This document shows, one piece after another, positions 1 through 14,046 of a stretch of 42,371 bases of DNA (its first letter is position 1; every line of letters starts with the position of its first letter). Position numbers and translations under genes: made by a program. The stretch lies in the NCBI GenBank assembly GCA_003693705.1, contig RBZT01000513.1:1-42371 (forward strand). Direction: 5' to 3'. Under the pieces are notes generated by a model, which worked only from the letters and a program-made list of their open reading frames with translations, had not been told where the DNA came from and did no database searches. The stretch comes from Polymyxa betae A26-41. Taxonomy: Eukaryota > Protista > Endomyxa: Phytomyxea.

Positions 1-3000
1 GACGAACCTGTCCGCACATAAACGTGATGAATGAATTGCACAGCGAAAGGAACTCGACGTGATCCAGAAGAGGATTGTCAAACGGATGATAGTAGGTATG
101 ACCGACCAAGGCCAAGACACAGAGTGTCAGGGCACACAGCGATTGAATTGAAACATCGCTGGCCAGAAATACCGCGATACCTGACAGGATGATCTGGACA
201 GAATATACTCAGAAAACGTTCGGGGATTGCGAGGCGGAAGATACCTTGCGGGACAGCACGACGATTTCCCAGAAGTACGAATTCTTGTTGTAACCTTGAG
301 ACAAGAATCCATCTGTAGCATCACATTGTTATCAACAAGCGCTGCCATCATTCCGCGATTCGTATTTACATCGCATCTTCATTTTCAGAGTGTCCAGCTG
401 TTCGCGATTCTTCCGCAGCAAGAACAGCGCTGCCAACGGGATGCCAATCACCCAGAAAATGATCACTATAGATATCGAATCAGTTAGAACAACAATATTG
501 AAGATGATGCGATTACTCGGTAGGCCGACTGCGAAGGCCCATCTTTTGTGGTCATCGTGCCAGCATCGTTCCCGTAAGTCGGCAACCAGGTAGGAATAGT
601 CCGGCTGGGATGCCAGGTTTTTACAGTTGAACATCTTTAGCGCTTGCTGGACGATGTTTGGGTGGACAACAAACAAGCCGACCACTACTGATGTGATGTA
701 TTCATCTCTGGCCGCCGCCATCACATCTATTCGCATTCAGTGACGAGTCAGATGAAACGCATGCGAGTATAGTTACTTGCAGAGCCACGAACGAGTTTCT
801 TGAACAGCGCTAATGGCGCAATGAACAAGATTGGGCCAACAGCGATCATAATAGGCAGGAAGAGGAACAGAAGCGACTGGATATAGAACGGACTCGTTGT
901 CGATGCATCTGACATGAAACAATCAACAGAAAAAACCGATTGTCCCACCGACGTCATCTGTAATCACACTTCAATTCACTTTCTCGCGCCCCTAACAGCT
1001 TCACTCCACTGACCTTCTTTTGAGTCTGCAGACCGGCCTCGACCTCCGAAGGCCATTTGTATTCGAACGATAAAGCCAATGAATTGAACTGAGAGCAGAA
1101 TCAGATACTGAAAGTTTGGGGTTGGTATCGCGTACCTGAATGCTACTCATAATGATTTTGATAAGAATACTGTGAACTGCCTTTGGTTGTGCAGAGGCTT
1201 GCATTGCAGATACCACCATGAAACTGATGAGGATGACACCAACAAAAACGGCAGCAGTCAGATAGAGACGATTGGCAGCGGGTGAGGGGCACTGCGAGCA
1301 GCCGAACTCGCCATTTCGACCGTAACCAGATGCACAAGTCGTACACAAATGCCCGGTGAAAACAGCTGCCACATGGGGTCAGTACGCCGCCGCAACCGAT
1401 GGAAACGGAAACGCAATACGAAATCACCCATAACGGGGGAGAAAAATCAAGTGGAAGACGTACGATTTTTACAAGTGCCGAACTGGTAACCATAAACGCA
1501 CTGGTCGGCGTTGAGGCACTTGATGAAGCTGCGATTGTAACCGCTGACTTCAGCCTGGTAGGTGTCTTTGGGCAGTACGGTGGCGAACGTTGTTCCAGCT
1601 ACGGTGTCACAGTTTCCACCTTCGGGACAATCGACACAGATATAGGGTTGGTTCTCAGCTGTGTTCGCTCCACTGGCATCTGAACAGCTCAATTAATATC
1701 CATTGATGCAATAGAGAAGCACTCACCGTAATCCTCGTTTTCATCTTGAATGAAATTCTTCTTGCAATAGCATGCGGTCTGGGCGACCAAGGTGTCATTG
1801 GTCACGGTATTGGTCCAGCACACAAGCGGATTCGATTGTCCGGCAAGTGGTTGATAGAAGCCCGGCTGCGCCATCGTACATTCGCTTTGGCCTCGGGACT
1901 GGCTGAACGACCCTGGTGCGCAGTCGTAGCAGCCGATCTGGCCCGTGGCATTCTGGAACTCGCCTTCCATGCAAAGCGCACAAATCGTCGACGACTGCAC
2001 AAAAACGTTAGAACTCCAAAACCGCTTGTTGAACGTAAGCTCACCGGAGCGGTACTGTACGACCCCGCCTGGCATAAAGTGCACTTGATGTCGTGGTCGA
2101 TGAACTCACCGGCCTCGCAGCGACGGAACGGAACGGAGATGACGGATGTCGACATCGAGCCCACGTTGGTAATAAAAGAGGTGGCAGCGACATGTCCAAC
2201 AGAGCTCGGCGTTAACTGAGCACCAACCGTATTCTTGGTCCAATTGAAAGCGCCTTCCTTGAGAATGCCTTCGGCCTTACCGACGATGGCCGTCATTCCG
2301 TCAGCACCGACCAATGTGACTGTGGTTGAATTGTCCACAGCCACGGTCTGGTTGTAGTAGTCGATCAGACGGACACCGATCGTGACCGCAAATGGAACGG
2401 CAGACGAGGCATTGTACAACGATGGAGGCTTCAGAGTCCACACAAGAGACGTCGGCATCGACGCGTAATATTGACCTTGTTTGCCATAGTTGCCGGTCCC
2501 AAACTTCCAGCGATTCAAAGGAGGGGGCATCTGATCAAAATAGAGAACACCACCAGATGGAGCAGCACACGAGGAAGTGGTCAAATTGGACAGCTGGTAC
2601 GTGAATCGGTTTCCTAAGAATTCGACAGCACCGCCTCGAACTTGCGCTGTGTTTCCAATGAAAACAACGGAAGTGATGTTCGCTGTGAGAGCGTTTCTGT
2701 ACGAAATAGCGCCGCCGCCTCCATCCAGTGAATCTGTAGCTAGGTTACGTGAAAACGTCGATCGTACAAAAACAGACGAGGCGTCCGATGCGATGTATGC
2801 GGCGCCTCCAATCGGAGCTGAATTGTTGGTCAACGTCGACTCAACCACAGTCGGAGAGCAGAACGTGGCATAGAATGCACCGCCACCAGACCCAGCAACA
2901 TTCCCGGATGCAGTCGACGACAGAAGCTGAACGTTACGAATCGTGATGCAATAAGCAACACCGCCCAAAGTGCCAGCAACATTGCTGCTAGCAACGGAGC

Positions 3001-6000
3001 TATTCAAGACCAGGCTACCAAATTGGACGTTGAACGCTCCTCCAAGAGCGCCAGCGCTGTTACGATGAATAGTAGAAGACTTGAAACTGACATCCGATTC
3101 GCTGATATCGATAGCGCCACCATTTTGGCCGGCCGTGTTACGGGACAGAGTAATCGACGATCCGGAAATAACTGATGACTGTAAAGCGCTAACTGCACCG
3201 CCCGATCCAGAGGCAGTGTTGTCCGAGAAATCGGTGGAGGCCATCGTCACGGTCGTTGAAATCAGACGCATCGCACCACCGTCGCCTTTCGCGCTGTTCA
3301 ACGAGAATTTCGTTGATGAGATCAGAAGCTGCGATCCTTTGTCTGCGGAAATAGCGCCACCAGATTGTGAAGCCTGATTGCTGGTAAAAGCAGAGTTCTG
3401 GATGTAAGCGGACGACGATCCCGAACTCAAATAGATTGCGGGACCTTCCGAAGCACGATTGCTGGTAAATATACAATCCCGGATTGTGGCGTAGCTGGTG
3501 CTGCCAACAGAGATAGCACCGCCTTTTCCCGATGGGTTGTTCGCGCCTGTGATTGTAATGCCCCGAATGGAAAATGTCTTTCCCGAAACTGATAAGCACG
3601 TTCCGTTGAAGTTGTTCGAACTGCAAACGATTTTAGTGAACGCCGGGTTCAGCGTCACCGATTCGATTTTGACATCTGCCGCTGTGATGGACGCTGTTGA
3701 GCTAAGGCGATAGGTCCCATTCTGAAGCTGGAAGATGGTCCCAGGCTTGGTGAATTTCGTTAGGGCAACATCAAGGGATGCGCAAACGCGAGAGGTTCCA
3801 CAAACGGAATTAGCGCTCTGATCTAAAGCGCTGTTCACAATGACGATCTGCGGCGTCATTGAGATAAAATTGTTGTAAACGCTATTGTAGACGAACTTGG
3901 CCGTCATTCCTGTCGTTGAAGTTGTTTGAGATACGGTTGTCGGCGACCCAGATAGCGGATCGAAATTGTAAACTTGACCGCTCGATAAGGCAATGATCAG
4001 CGAGCCAGGCGTATCGTTAATGCGCGGTGATAACGAGATCGACTCAATATGGGAATCATAGGAATTCTGGTTCAAGAATTCGTAATCCAGCTGCTGCCAC
4101 GAGTTCGTCAGCGGCTCCCCAGACTGACCAAAAGTCGCTGCTAAAGTCATCATCCATAGCTTGTCATCACTGGTCTGGATAACAATCAGATCCGTGTTTC
4201 CTACCGCAAATCAGCCATGAATGATAAAGAAAATTGATGGCATACCTTCAACATGAGTGACAGAAACTCCATCGGGCAGTACGTCTGGAGGGAATGTATA
4301 CTTGGCAGCGACACTGTCAGAGGAAGGCATGCCGGTTTGGGCCAATCCCGATCCATAACAGTAGAACTGATTCCCGCCGAACAGCATGATCCCATAATAA
4401 TAAGAAGAGAAAAGTTGAATGACTCCTTGAGCGAAAATGGGCAATGGATCGGTGAAAGAAATCTGGTCGAAGACGTTCGGGATGCCAGATCGGCCGATAG
4501 GTAAGAGATCAATTATAGTAATCGAGTAGACCGCACAAGGCGAAGCGAACAACAAGACCTAAAGAGAAACCTACATTAAAACCAGCAGAACTGTATTATC
4601 GAAGATACGCTTACAGGTCCAACACCACTAACGGCAGTAATGCGAGTCAAAGTGTTGCCACATTTCAAGGACGACGTTGCTCCAACAATAGCAGGATTGG
4701 TCAGAACGTCACTAGTGATGTTATATCCCCAAGAATATAAAACACCATTCGAGGATAATGCATAGAAGGATGTCATCATCCCAGAATACCAATACGACAT
4801 GATATCGGTCAAGGCACCAACGGCTTGGAAGGAAACTACTCCAAGCGCGGTCGGCGATGCAATAAGCGCATTAGAATCTCGACCGAAATAGAACGATGCA
4901 GAGGTCACTGACGTCAATCCCCAAGTTACAAGGCGACCGCCAGCAGTTACGGCAGCACAGAACCTGAACAGAAATGAGAAAACTTAGTCTGCATGGTTAA
5001 ATCTACGAACTCTGTCGAACAAGCCATTGATTTCATCAATTCTTGTGAGAGTGCAGCATTTAATGCACCAGGAGTTGCTGCAGATGACGAAGTCAAGTCA
5101 CGGCCAATAGTGGCTTTCTGAGCATCAGTAGCATCACCGGAATACCACGAGAAAGTGGACACGGCGGGCCTTGTTGTTAAGACCACAGAACCACTGGTTC
5201 CTTGCACTCGAATGGTCATCGGCTGCCACGCTTTCAAAGGAGTGATTGTGAAGTAGAGCACATTGCCGGACTGTGGCGATACAGCGCCAATGGTCGCCAT
5301 CGACGCTGATTCTTTCGTCACGGGATCGGGTTCCAGAAACGGCGTGAAATCGGTGGCATTCGAGTAGATTCGACGCTGTTGAGAATCATATGGGGTAATT
5401 GAGCACAGCTGAGTCGACGAGGCAGTAAAATAATCAGTCGAGTTACAGGTGAACACCGAGAAAGCTGCTGCGCTGTCTATCACCGACACGGTGGCGGTGA
5501 CCGGTGCACACGATGGGCAGTCGTTGAACGTGACCGTCAAGGTCAATGTCCCCGTCGACAAAGGACTCGATGAAACTTTGTCGACGGCTGTGAAATCGAA
5601 AGAGAATTTCTTGCCTGCGCCGACGTTCCCATCGGCAATCGTGACACCGCTAACGACACCAAGTGTGGATTTGGCTGTAAACGCCCCAGCTGCAACAACA
5701 ATTTCTTTTGCGGACATGCCTGAGACCTTACGAGGTGTAATGTAGCAGGTGATCTTTCTACCCCGAGAGACCGCTCTATTCGAAAAAACGGTTCAGAGCG
5801 GGGAAAGAATCTCAGCATACGCTTACCCAGAGCCACAATCAATAAGGGTACTGGCATCAGGATAGTCATAGATAGCGACGGTAGCTGCGGGAGTTCCTCC
5901 AACGACGCCAGAGAATCCATCTTTGATCGTAACAATACTGGAAGCAACACCAGGCGTATCAAACTTGAACGTGAATTGATCCGCTGGCGAATACAGGCCT

Positions 6001-9000
6001 TCCTGAGAGATCGTTTGCAACTGATTCAATGAGCCAAATCTCACATCTTTGGTCAGCGTGAACGAGGCACCCAAAACGGAAATCGACTTCCCGCTGGAAG
6101 ATCTTGGCTTAATAGTGCAAGTTGAACTTGAGCCCACAAAAACAGGAGAGTCACACGATAGTTTCGTGTAAGCAGGCAGCGAAACGACAGTCAAAGAAAT
6201 TGGAGGATTGACAACAGCTCCTCGAACGTATAAATTCAGTTGTACGGTGCCATTGGTATTCGCAACTCCAGTGACCTTAAAAGGAATCCTCGCTCCACCA
6301 GGAATTGTAGCGTTCTGCACCTTAACAAGGGCCGGGCTTCCATGAGCTAGACGGATCTAGAAGCAGGTTAGATGGTGAGCTAAGGTAACGACGTTCCAAC
6401 CTGGAAATCTGAAGCGGAGGCAGTAATGCCGATATTGTTCTTTGCGGCATCAACAGCACACACAATACTTCGGTTGCTGGGCAAAAAGCTCACAAAAGCA
6501 GTGTATGATGTGTCAGCATAACAATTCATTGTCGATGTTAAATCTGGGGCGTCGACAACAAAGACAGAAGAGGAGCTCGTAGAATTGAATGGATGCTGCG
6601 TAGATATAAGCTTTGCAAAGATATCATATTTGCCAGGAGCCGAGAATCCATCTCGAACTTGAACTGTAAAGCTATTGCCCCGAATCGGGGTCGGATTAGT
6701 TATTGTCGCTCCCAGATCGGCTCCCATCTAAGAAGCACAAAAAAAATCAGCAAACGAACAGCCAAACAGGTTTCTAACTTACGGGGCCAGAAAGGCTGAA
6801 ATAGGAGATATTGCCACCAACAAACACATTTTCGAATAGAACAAAGTTCTTGTTGTTACGAGGAGTAACTGTACATGAAATGGTTTGATTCGGCAGCGCG
6901 ACCACAGGCTTGCACGACAAGGTCGTTGTATCATCGGGATGTTTAAAGACCATAAAATCGAAGCTCGTATTCGTTCTTTGTTCAGAGATGGTTGCAAATC
7001 CTCCATTGGAAGCCGACACGTACGAGATGGTAAATTTGTTACCATACGCCTACGTAGAACGACTAAGTAAGCTGTTTAAAGAAGAAAATATTGCACTTAC
7101 AGATTGGGTGTCAGAAAATGTGTCGCTGATATAACCGGAGCCAGTTAACGAGATTGCCAACGCCTCATCTGACACAGTAACACTATTGCCTTGCTTTTTG
7201 GGAAAAAATGTGCACCTCATTGTTGTCGGAGTTCCTGTCGGCTCCACGTAGAGCGATCTTGAAGGACATGATAATGTCGATGATCGGTCAGGGATAGATA
7301 GGCGAACTAATTGAACTTGGCCGTAAGTCGAATCACAAAGGTCATATTCATTGCAAGCAGTGAACTTCAGAGTCGTTGTAGTAAGCGGCTGAGTAACGTT
7401 CGGAGAGATCGCCAGCACGGGAACGCCATTATCCACATCGGTAATCAGCTTCATCCATTTAGGCAGCGATGATTGCCTTGGTAATGAGACATTCCAGCTG
7501 CTGGGAGATGATGCGCACCCGTAACAGTTCTGGAAAAGGTTTGAAGGCATCGGAAATGCGATCGTTACGCCTAACGGAACGATAATCGGGTTGGAAACAT
7601 TTGCGGTCGCTGTGATTCCAGGCAGAACAAGATCGAGTGTTGCAGTAATACTTGAATTTACGGCAGAGTATTGATTCTGTTCGTAAACAATCATGAACTG
7701 AGACGATGACATTTGACTAATATGGTCGTCTCCCAGGTGAAAAACACCACCGTATGCAACGCCCAGTTCGTTATAGTATTCATCACTATTGGATTGATCA
7801 GGCTGTCCACATAAACGATAATCACTTGAGAAATACGGAGAGTTCGGGGTCTTGTACTGGTAGATATGGAAATTACTCACAAAAGAATAACAGGCTTGAA
7901 AGTAAGTGCCATCCCCGTAAATGCCATAGCTCGTATCCGTCCACATATCGTGAATCCTTAAGCGATAAATAGGGTTGGAGCGGAATTTTTCAGGGGGTGT
8001 CAACACCCAAGCAACCTGAGCTCCAGATTTGAATATATCATTACGAGACAATCTTGGAAAGGAATTAGGTGAAAAATCAATTTTCATCGACGTTCCGGTC
8101 ACGGCGCGAAGGTACTTTCCTGATGGGTATGATGTTGCGGCATCGAACGAGTAATCGAAAGCGATCCCGGTCGAATATATGTTCGTGCTCCATTTCACAA
8201 CAATGTTTGAAGAAGGAATAGTCCAAGATGTTGTTGTGTCATATGAGGTCCCATCCGAACCTTGATAGGCATTGGATAAGCCAGTTGAGCCACAGAGCCT
8301 TCCTGATACGGAACAGAACGCGCCATAGTAATCGATATACCCGATGATAGCATATTGATCTCCAGGACATACTCCATTGATTCCGTCATTGGATTGAGTC
8401 GCCACATCCAGAGACGTAATCTTGACAGTTCCCGTATAAGAAGTTCCATCTTGGGAGATCGGTGCGGGAATCTTCCAGATTTTCGAAGTGCCAGTTGAAG
8501 TGGCACCAGAGGATACTGAGCCGATTTCACTTACGTCAGATGGGACTTCCAGAATGGCATTTTCGCTGTCTGTTAAATAGATGCATGTCGGGCCGGTATT
8601 GGTCGTTCCAGGATCGTTTTGGACATACGATTGGCATTGTTGAGATCCAACATCTGCCACTTCCCAGTAGAAAACGAATCCGCCAGCTCCGGTTAGGGAA
8701 TCTGAGCGGAAAACGACCATGACATCCATGCCGGCAGTTGAAGTCCAAACTCGATCAGGTGTGTTGATGTAGTACCCATCAGAATTATACATGGAACCAC
8801 TTCCGCCGCAAACAGCCGGAGTCAGCGACGACCATCGCCCATTGGAATAGGTACAGTTTGACAGATAGATCAGTTGCACGTAGTCGCCGCTGCACCAACT
8901 TGTATAATCAACGTCGAAAGTGTCGTTGAAAATGACTTTGATTCCAGGACTGGTAAAACCGGTATCAGAGGGGAGCTTTAGTAGCCATGAAACGGCTTCA

Positions 9001-10038
9001 TTGTTGCCGTAATTCAAATGGGAGACGCTTCCCGACATCTCAGTAAACGTCTCCACAGGATCCGGAGGTGCAACGATTCCCGTGTCAAAAAAGGGTCGAG
9101 GAGCGGTTGATATCATAGTAGCATGTTGCGAGCAGTCACCAGAAGGAACATCGTTCGATAGAGCCCATGAAAATTGAATTCCATTAGAATACGAATATGC
9201 CTGCACCGTGATCATAACTAGCTGAGAATAAACCCGAATCGTATTTGATGATAAATCAACAATGTGATCATAAGAATCGTGAATCTGGTTGTCCCCTGAG
9301 TTAGGACCGCATAGTTGAGTGGCTGGCAAGGCAGCAGTCCATGTGGCTTCATTATTGGCAATCGTGCTACAACTGAGGTCTGTCTCCACGTAGATTACTG
9401 AAAGAAAATCGGACCAACAGCTGTAACTGTACTGAATAGCAAAACTGCTGAAATCAATATCGATAGCAGTTGCAGCGGTATTCGTAGCGTTCAGCAAGAA
9501 CCCGTATTGTCCATAGTTGAGATTGAATTGAGAAACCAATCCTGGGGTGCTAAACATTTGGACTTGGGATTGAGTAGGAAACATGTAGACGCTATTGTAG
9601 TCGACATTTGTTGTGTATCTGAACAATGAAATCAATGACTGGATGTGTGGTGAATGCGTAGCAGCATTTACCCAGGTTCGGCAATAGGTGACGTCGTAGC
9701 TCTGGCAACCAAGCATCAGAGCAGAATACACAATAAAATTGACATAAACCTACATTGTAGATGTGGGCGATACGCTGGTAGTCGCAACAACAGTCGAGGA
9801 CATCCTGAGAATCACAATCAATAAAGGCGCCGATATTTCAGATAATTTTCTAGTTCTACAAGGGGCCCGCAGTGGTCGTTGCAGCAAACGTCGTTTGGGT
9901 AGCAGTTGTAGTTTGAGAAGGAGAGAAAGTGGTTTGCGTAACAGTAGTAGTTTGGGCAGGAGTTGTTTGAAAAGTTGTCGGTTGAGCGGTAGTCTGCATG
10001 CATATCTGGGGGAGGATCAGTGCTGCGATTAGCAGCAT
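1..10038 (-). CDS. Very large multi-exon cell-surface receptor-like protein (signal peptide, Thr-rich stalk, CUB-like domains, Ig-like repeats, Pmp/GGA-FxxN beta-helix, ephrin-receptor-like Cys repeats, C-terminal multi-pass TM); 3' end lies beyond the window start
   Basis: ATG at 10038 gives MLLIAALILPQICMQ followed by a TTxQ-rich tract. Minus-strand ORFs 7050-9731, 6774-7019, 6380-6727, 5823-6320, 4947-5717, 4576-4917, 4211-4555, 1802-4153, 1689-2084, 1447-1692, 1001-1372, 748-957, 332-736 are separated by ~50-nt GT..AG gaps. CUB signature: SGSVSHLNYGNNEAVSW...CSGDYVQL...VVFRSDSLTGAGGFVFYW. Many GGA(I/V/F)...FxxNxA repeats. Cys repeats CEAGEF/CQAGSYS/CMEGEFQ/CAPGSFS. Hydrophobic segments in 1-1260. 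Exon boundaries not all resolved. Confidence 0.8.
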
Positions 10039-10149
10039 TCGCCACCTCACGATCAAAAAGATTAGATGTTCCGTAAGCGAAAATGACATTTCGGTGTCAC
10101 GATCGTACATCCAACCGTTAACCGACGCCCATCACAGAACATTACAGAT

Positions 10150-11190
10150 CGTCCCATACTAACATTGATGGAAACCCCAGTGAAGCCCCTAAGCCCGACA
10201 CATAAACGATGGTCATGTGATGTGAAGATTGTGACCAATTGTCCATCATCTCTATCTACAACATTAGTACCAGGTATACATATTTTAAAGGAATGGAGTC
10301 GCTACCTTGAAATCACTGGCCCATTTTGTCATCTGAGAGACTTTACACTGATACGAATCTTGCTTGATATCGATCACGTAACCACTCTATTACAAATACA
10401 TGACCGCATTTCACGGCCTAAGCCCTGAAGTTGGCATGTATTGAGAACATGAAGAATGGTTGGGTCTGAAGCTGGACCAGTAGCAGAGCGGAGGAAGCCT
10501 TGATACTTATGCCCATCAGCGCCTGGATGGCGGTAGTGAACCTAATTGCAGCCGCATGTATCGCAATATTGCAGATGTTTGGGCCAATCGAAGCGGTAAA
10601 TTCGCTTTACCAATCGACAATTCAATGAAGAAGCTACCAGAGCAGTAACGATTTCCAGTCGCCCTTCAAAGACGGCACCACAGCTTCACTGCTGAGATCT
10701 AATCAGAACTAGTAAGCCTAACAAGTATATTCGAACCGGAATCGAAGCCTGTCCAAAAACATGCCTGGCGTAGCTGGGTTGCATATATGATGAGATAGCA
10801 TGTGATCCAACGCTTCTGCCAATGGTCGCTGACCTTGATAACAGCATTTGCCTGATGAAATTAACCAAAATTGAATGACGAAGGAAGCGAGAGAACCACG
10901 TTGACCGACTCCGTGGTGGAGCGATTCCAACTGTATATAATTATGATCTCGTCGATAGAGAGCAAAAACGAAGAATCCATTTTCTGGTAGTTCAATTCAT
11001 AGAAGGCTGTTTCGAAATCAAATCATAAATGGAATAAGAACCCATCACATTCAACATCCGGTGCATTGAAAATAATCATTTGGAAACATTGACCAGACAC
11101 GCTTCTACCAATTCTCACCTTATAGCCGACCATAAAAAGAACTGATAGGATTACCTGGGAATCGAATCTATTGGCAAACATCAACCCATT
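10150..11190 (-). CDS. Possible small multi-exon gene of unknown function
   Basis: Short minus-strand open stretches with intron-like GT..AG gaps (e.g. KCCYQGQRPLAEALDHMLSHHICNPATPG; YRHPGADGHKYQGFLRSATGPASDPTILHVLN). No recognised motif; boundaries approximate. Confidence 0.25.
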
Positions 11191-11294
11191 AAATACTTGC
11201 GATTGGCATCGTATACAGTAGCTATCAGCTATCTATTGCGGAACACAAGTAACGAATAAACAGTGCAAAGTCGCTTGATTGCAGTCACTTAACG

Positions 11295-12339
11295 ATGTCG
11301 TCTGATAATGAGCATTGCTCCGATCGTGCTGGCAGCGATGTCCAGAGCAATGATCCTGGTTCAGACAAGGATGACGGTGACGAGGTTGTGGATACGCTGC
11401 CGCCACCACTTCGCCAGCTAGGGCCTGGGCTCTCCGGAAATACTGGGCCGAAAGGTGTTCTTGCAGATTATCGTGAAGCATGCGCCCAACTTCGCGCTGA
11501 ACGGATGGAGAAAAATGCAAGGCTAGCACGGCTAATGGTAAAATTCTGATAATCTATCATTTCGGGTCAGCAAATCTTATCAGTTTTGAAGGAGAAATGT
11601 GCTGTCGGTGACGCAATTGAATATGTCCCGGCTCCAGCTCCAAAAGATGTTATTCGCTCGGATAATCGACATACGGACGACATTGCTCTAGACGAGGAAC
11701 TCGAGGCTATTCGTGCTCGAAGGATTCTGGAGCTCAGGACGCGCCTACCGGAATATGGCGCATTGGTTTCATTAGAAGCAAAACACTTCATTGATTTTGT
11801 CGAGAACATCGATCAAAGAAGTTTTGTTGTGATTTCGCTGTATAAACCCGTTCGTGTCGTGTTTGCTACGAAATCACGTAATCATTTTGGTGTCATAGGA
11901 CGTTGAAATGTGCCATCGGTTGAACTTGTGCCTTGAAGCGATCGCCCCCAAGTTCTCTCGTGTTCGATTCGCTAAAATGATCATTTCGCAGGCTCTTCCA
12001 AAATACGACAAGTAAAAATCTATTCGGCTGCTAATCTTCATCTCACCCTTCTTAATCTAGCATTGGACTGCCTGCATTGGCTGTTTACCAAAGTGGACAA
12101 CAGGTCCACTCGTTCGTGCCACTCTGGAAGTATGTTGGGAATCAATTTTCAGATGATGACATAGTCAAACTGTTGTGCAAGTAAAGACTGATCAGATTAT
12201 AAACTTTGCATGTCTTGACATTCAATTTAGGCATAGCGTTCTATCTGATGAGGTTCTAACGAATAATAACAGGATTGATGACATTACGGATTATCAAGAA
12301 GAGGAATCCCTCGATTTTTTGAAAGTTGGCTTAACGTGA
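11295..12339 (+). CDS. PDCL: Phosducin-like protein (PhLP1 type; thioredoxin-fold CCT/G-beta-gamma co-chaperone), multi-exon
   Basis: GNTGPKGVLADY N-terminal phosducin motif; EELEAIRARRILEL; FIDFVENIDQRSFVVISLY; later exons CHRLNLCLEAIAPKFSRVRFAKM and GLPALAVYQSG; stop TGA at 12337-12339. Confidence 0.9.
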
Positions 12340-12796
12340 TTAAATTGTAACGAATACAGCATTGGATACTTTTTTGAAAACTAGCAGGTGCCTTTGCATA
12401 AGCAGCCCCAGCTCCTGCTTGGTAGCACTCTCTTGATCTAATCATGTTAGTGGACAGGTTTAACCTTTTACGACCTCCCTATTTTTGGCTTATGGCTCTG
12501 GACAGAGCATTGTGCTTTCGATCGCACTTTTGGGCTTTTTTATACTGATTGCACAGAGGGGTAGGATATCGGTTGAGCCTATCGATTCCCAGATTTTGGA
12601 ACTTTGTATACATCGAATTCTGTTAACGCCAGCCGAAGCGAGGTAGACCTTGCCCGCTTCGTGATATGTATGCGCTGTGTAATCAGTCAAACGCTTACAG
12701 CGAGCTCCAACCCTAACCGGAAATGACTGGATTTATGTTACATTTTCCATCGTAACGCTAGGCAGTCAATGGGGCTAGCCAATTTGGGCACCCCTT

Positions 12797-12832
12797 CTGT
12801 ATCCACATTCCATCCTGTATCCACATTCCATC
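12797..12832 (+). repeat. Perfect 18-bp tandem duplication (CTGTATCCACATTCCATC x2) just upstream of the F-box ATG
   Basis: Read directly from the sequence. Confidence 0.85.
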
Positions 12833-12848
12833 GAGCCTCTAGAGAGAG

Positions 12849-14046
12849 ATGTGGGATGATATTGTTGTGGAGGCGGTCCTTTGCCATTTAGATCCTGTCG
12901 ATCTGATTCGAGCAGCAGGCGTTTGCAAAACCTGGCGCCGGTTAGCCCGTCATAAACGATTCTGGACACGTTTCATCTCCAATGGGTCATGCGATTGCTT
13001 CATTAAAGAACCAGTCAAGCGCAAACCGAGATTCATGTTCTTGAAAGAACGAGATTGGGCTTTACTTTCACAGGAGCAACGAATTCTTGTCGAGAGCAGC
13101 CAAGTTATGAGAGAACTTGCTGTTGCAGGCGTTATAACAATTTGGATGCTGAAATGGTGAGCTATTGAGAAGCTGTGAAAATTTCTGTCTGTCTCAGTCG
13201 CGGTTGAAAGGAGTCAGAGACCTCAGTTAAATGCCTTGAAAAGCATTTTAAGTGCCCAACAAGGCAATGTTCACACTCTGGTACGCGCAACTGACGATGC
13301 TATAGAGCCAGCACGTGTTAACTGTTGATTTGCAGATTTATCTCCATAGCAACGGATACTTCTCAATCGAAGATATCCTCAACTTATTAGGTCTCTCTTA
13401 TCCTTGCTGTGTGATCTATCAAGCTCTGAGCTTCATGCGTTCACCAAGCGTTGCTATGCTGCTTCAGAAAGGGGTTTTAACATTTGTCGACCTTGTTCAA
13501 ACAGCGTTGAGTTGTGGTAGCGACTTGTCAAAGGGCGGACTGTCCAATTTGAACTTTCCTCGACTGTGTGTTTTAATTTCAAGCAAAAAGGCCACTTTAC
13601 ATGAGATTGCTTGCCTTTCAGTTCCTGAGGCAACAAGGATTAGAGAAGATTTTCTCTGGCAGTATGTGGAGTCGGGAATGCTTCCCCTGTCTCAGGCGCG
13701 CTCATTGTCAGTTTCAATATGCACTGCCTTAGAGCAAAGAGAACTATTTCAGCTTATCCAAGATGGCGAAATCACAATTCAACGGGCACTTTCACTTCCA
13801 AACTGGGCGCTCTATAATCACCGTATTGTCAAGCTTTGGCAAGCCCGTTTAATAACTGAAGAAGAAATCAAGGAAATGACGGGAGATTTCTACGCCGGGA
13901 TAAATGAGCATTCTGATGCTAATAGTGTGGTTGAACCCGAGCATTCCTGCGGAGCGATTCGGAATACCTCTCTCACAAGATTGAAAGAAACAAGAGCGTG
14001 CTTCTCCGACTATTACTCCAGAAAAAAAAAGACTGGAACTTCGTAA
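12849..14046 (+). CDS. F-box protein with C-terminal ~30-aa helical repeats, multi-exon
   Basis: N-terminus WDDIVVEAVLCHLDPVDLIRAAGVCKTWRRLA..FW matches the F-box consensus. ORFs 12849-13160 and 13315-14046 are linked through intron-like gaps. Confidence 0.75.

Noticed and set aside
1802-4153. Bacterial autotransporter or bacterial contamination
   Set aside because: The Pmp-like repeats are embedded in a spliceosomal-intron-containing gene with no beta-barrel translocator.
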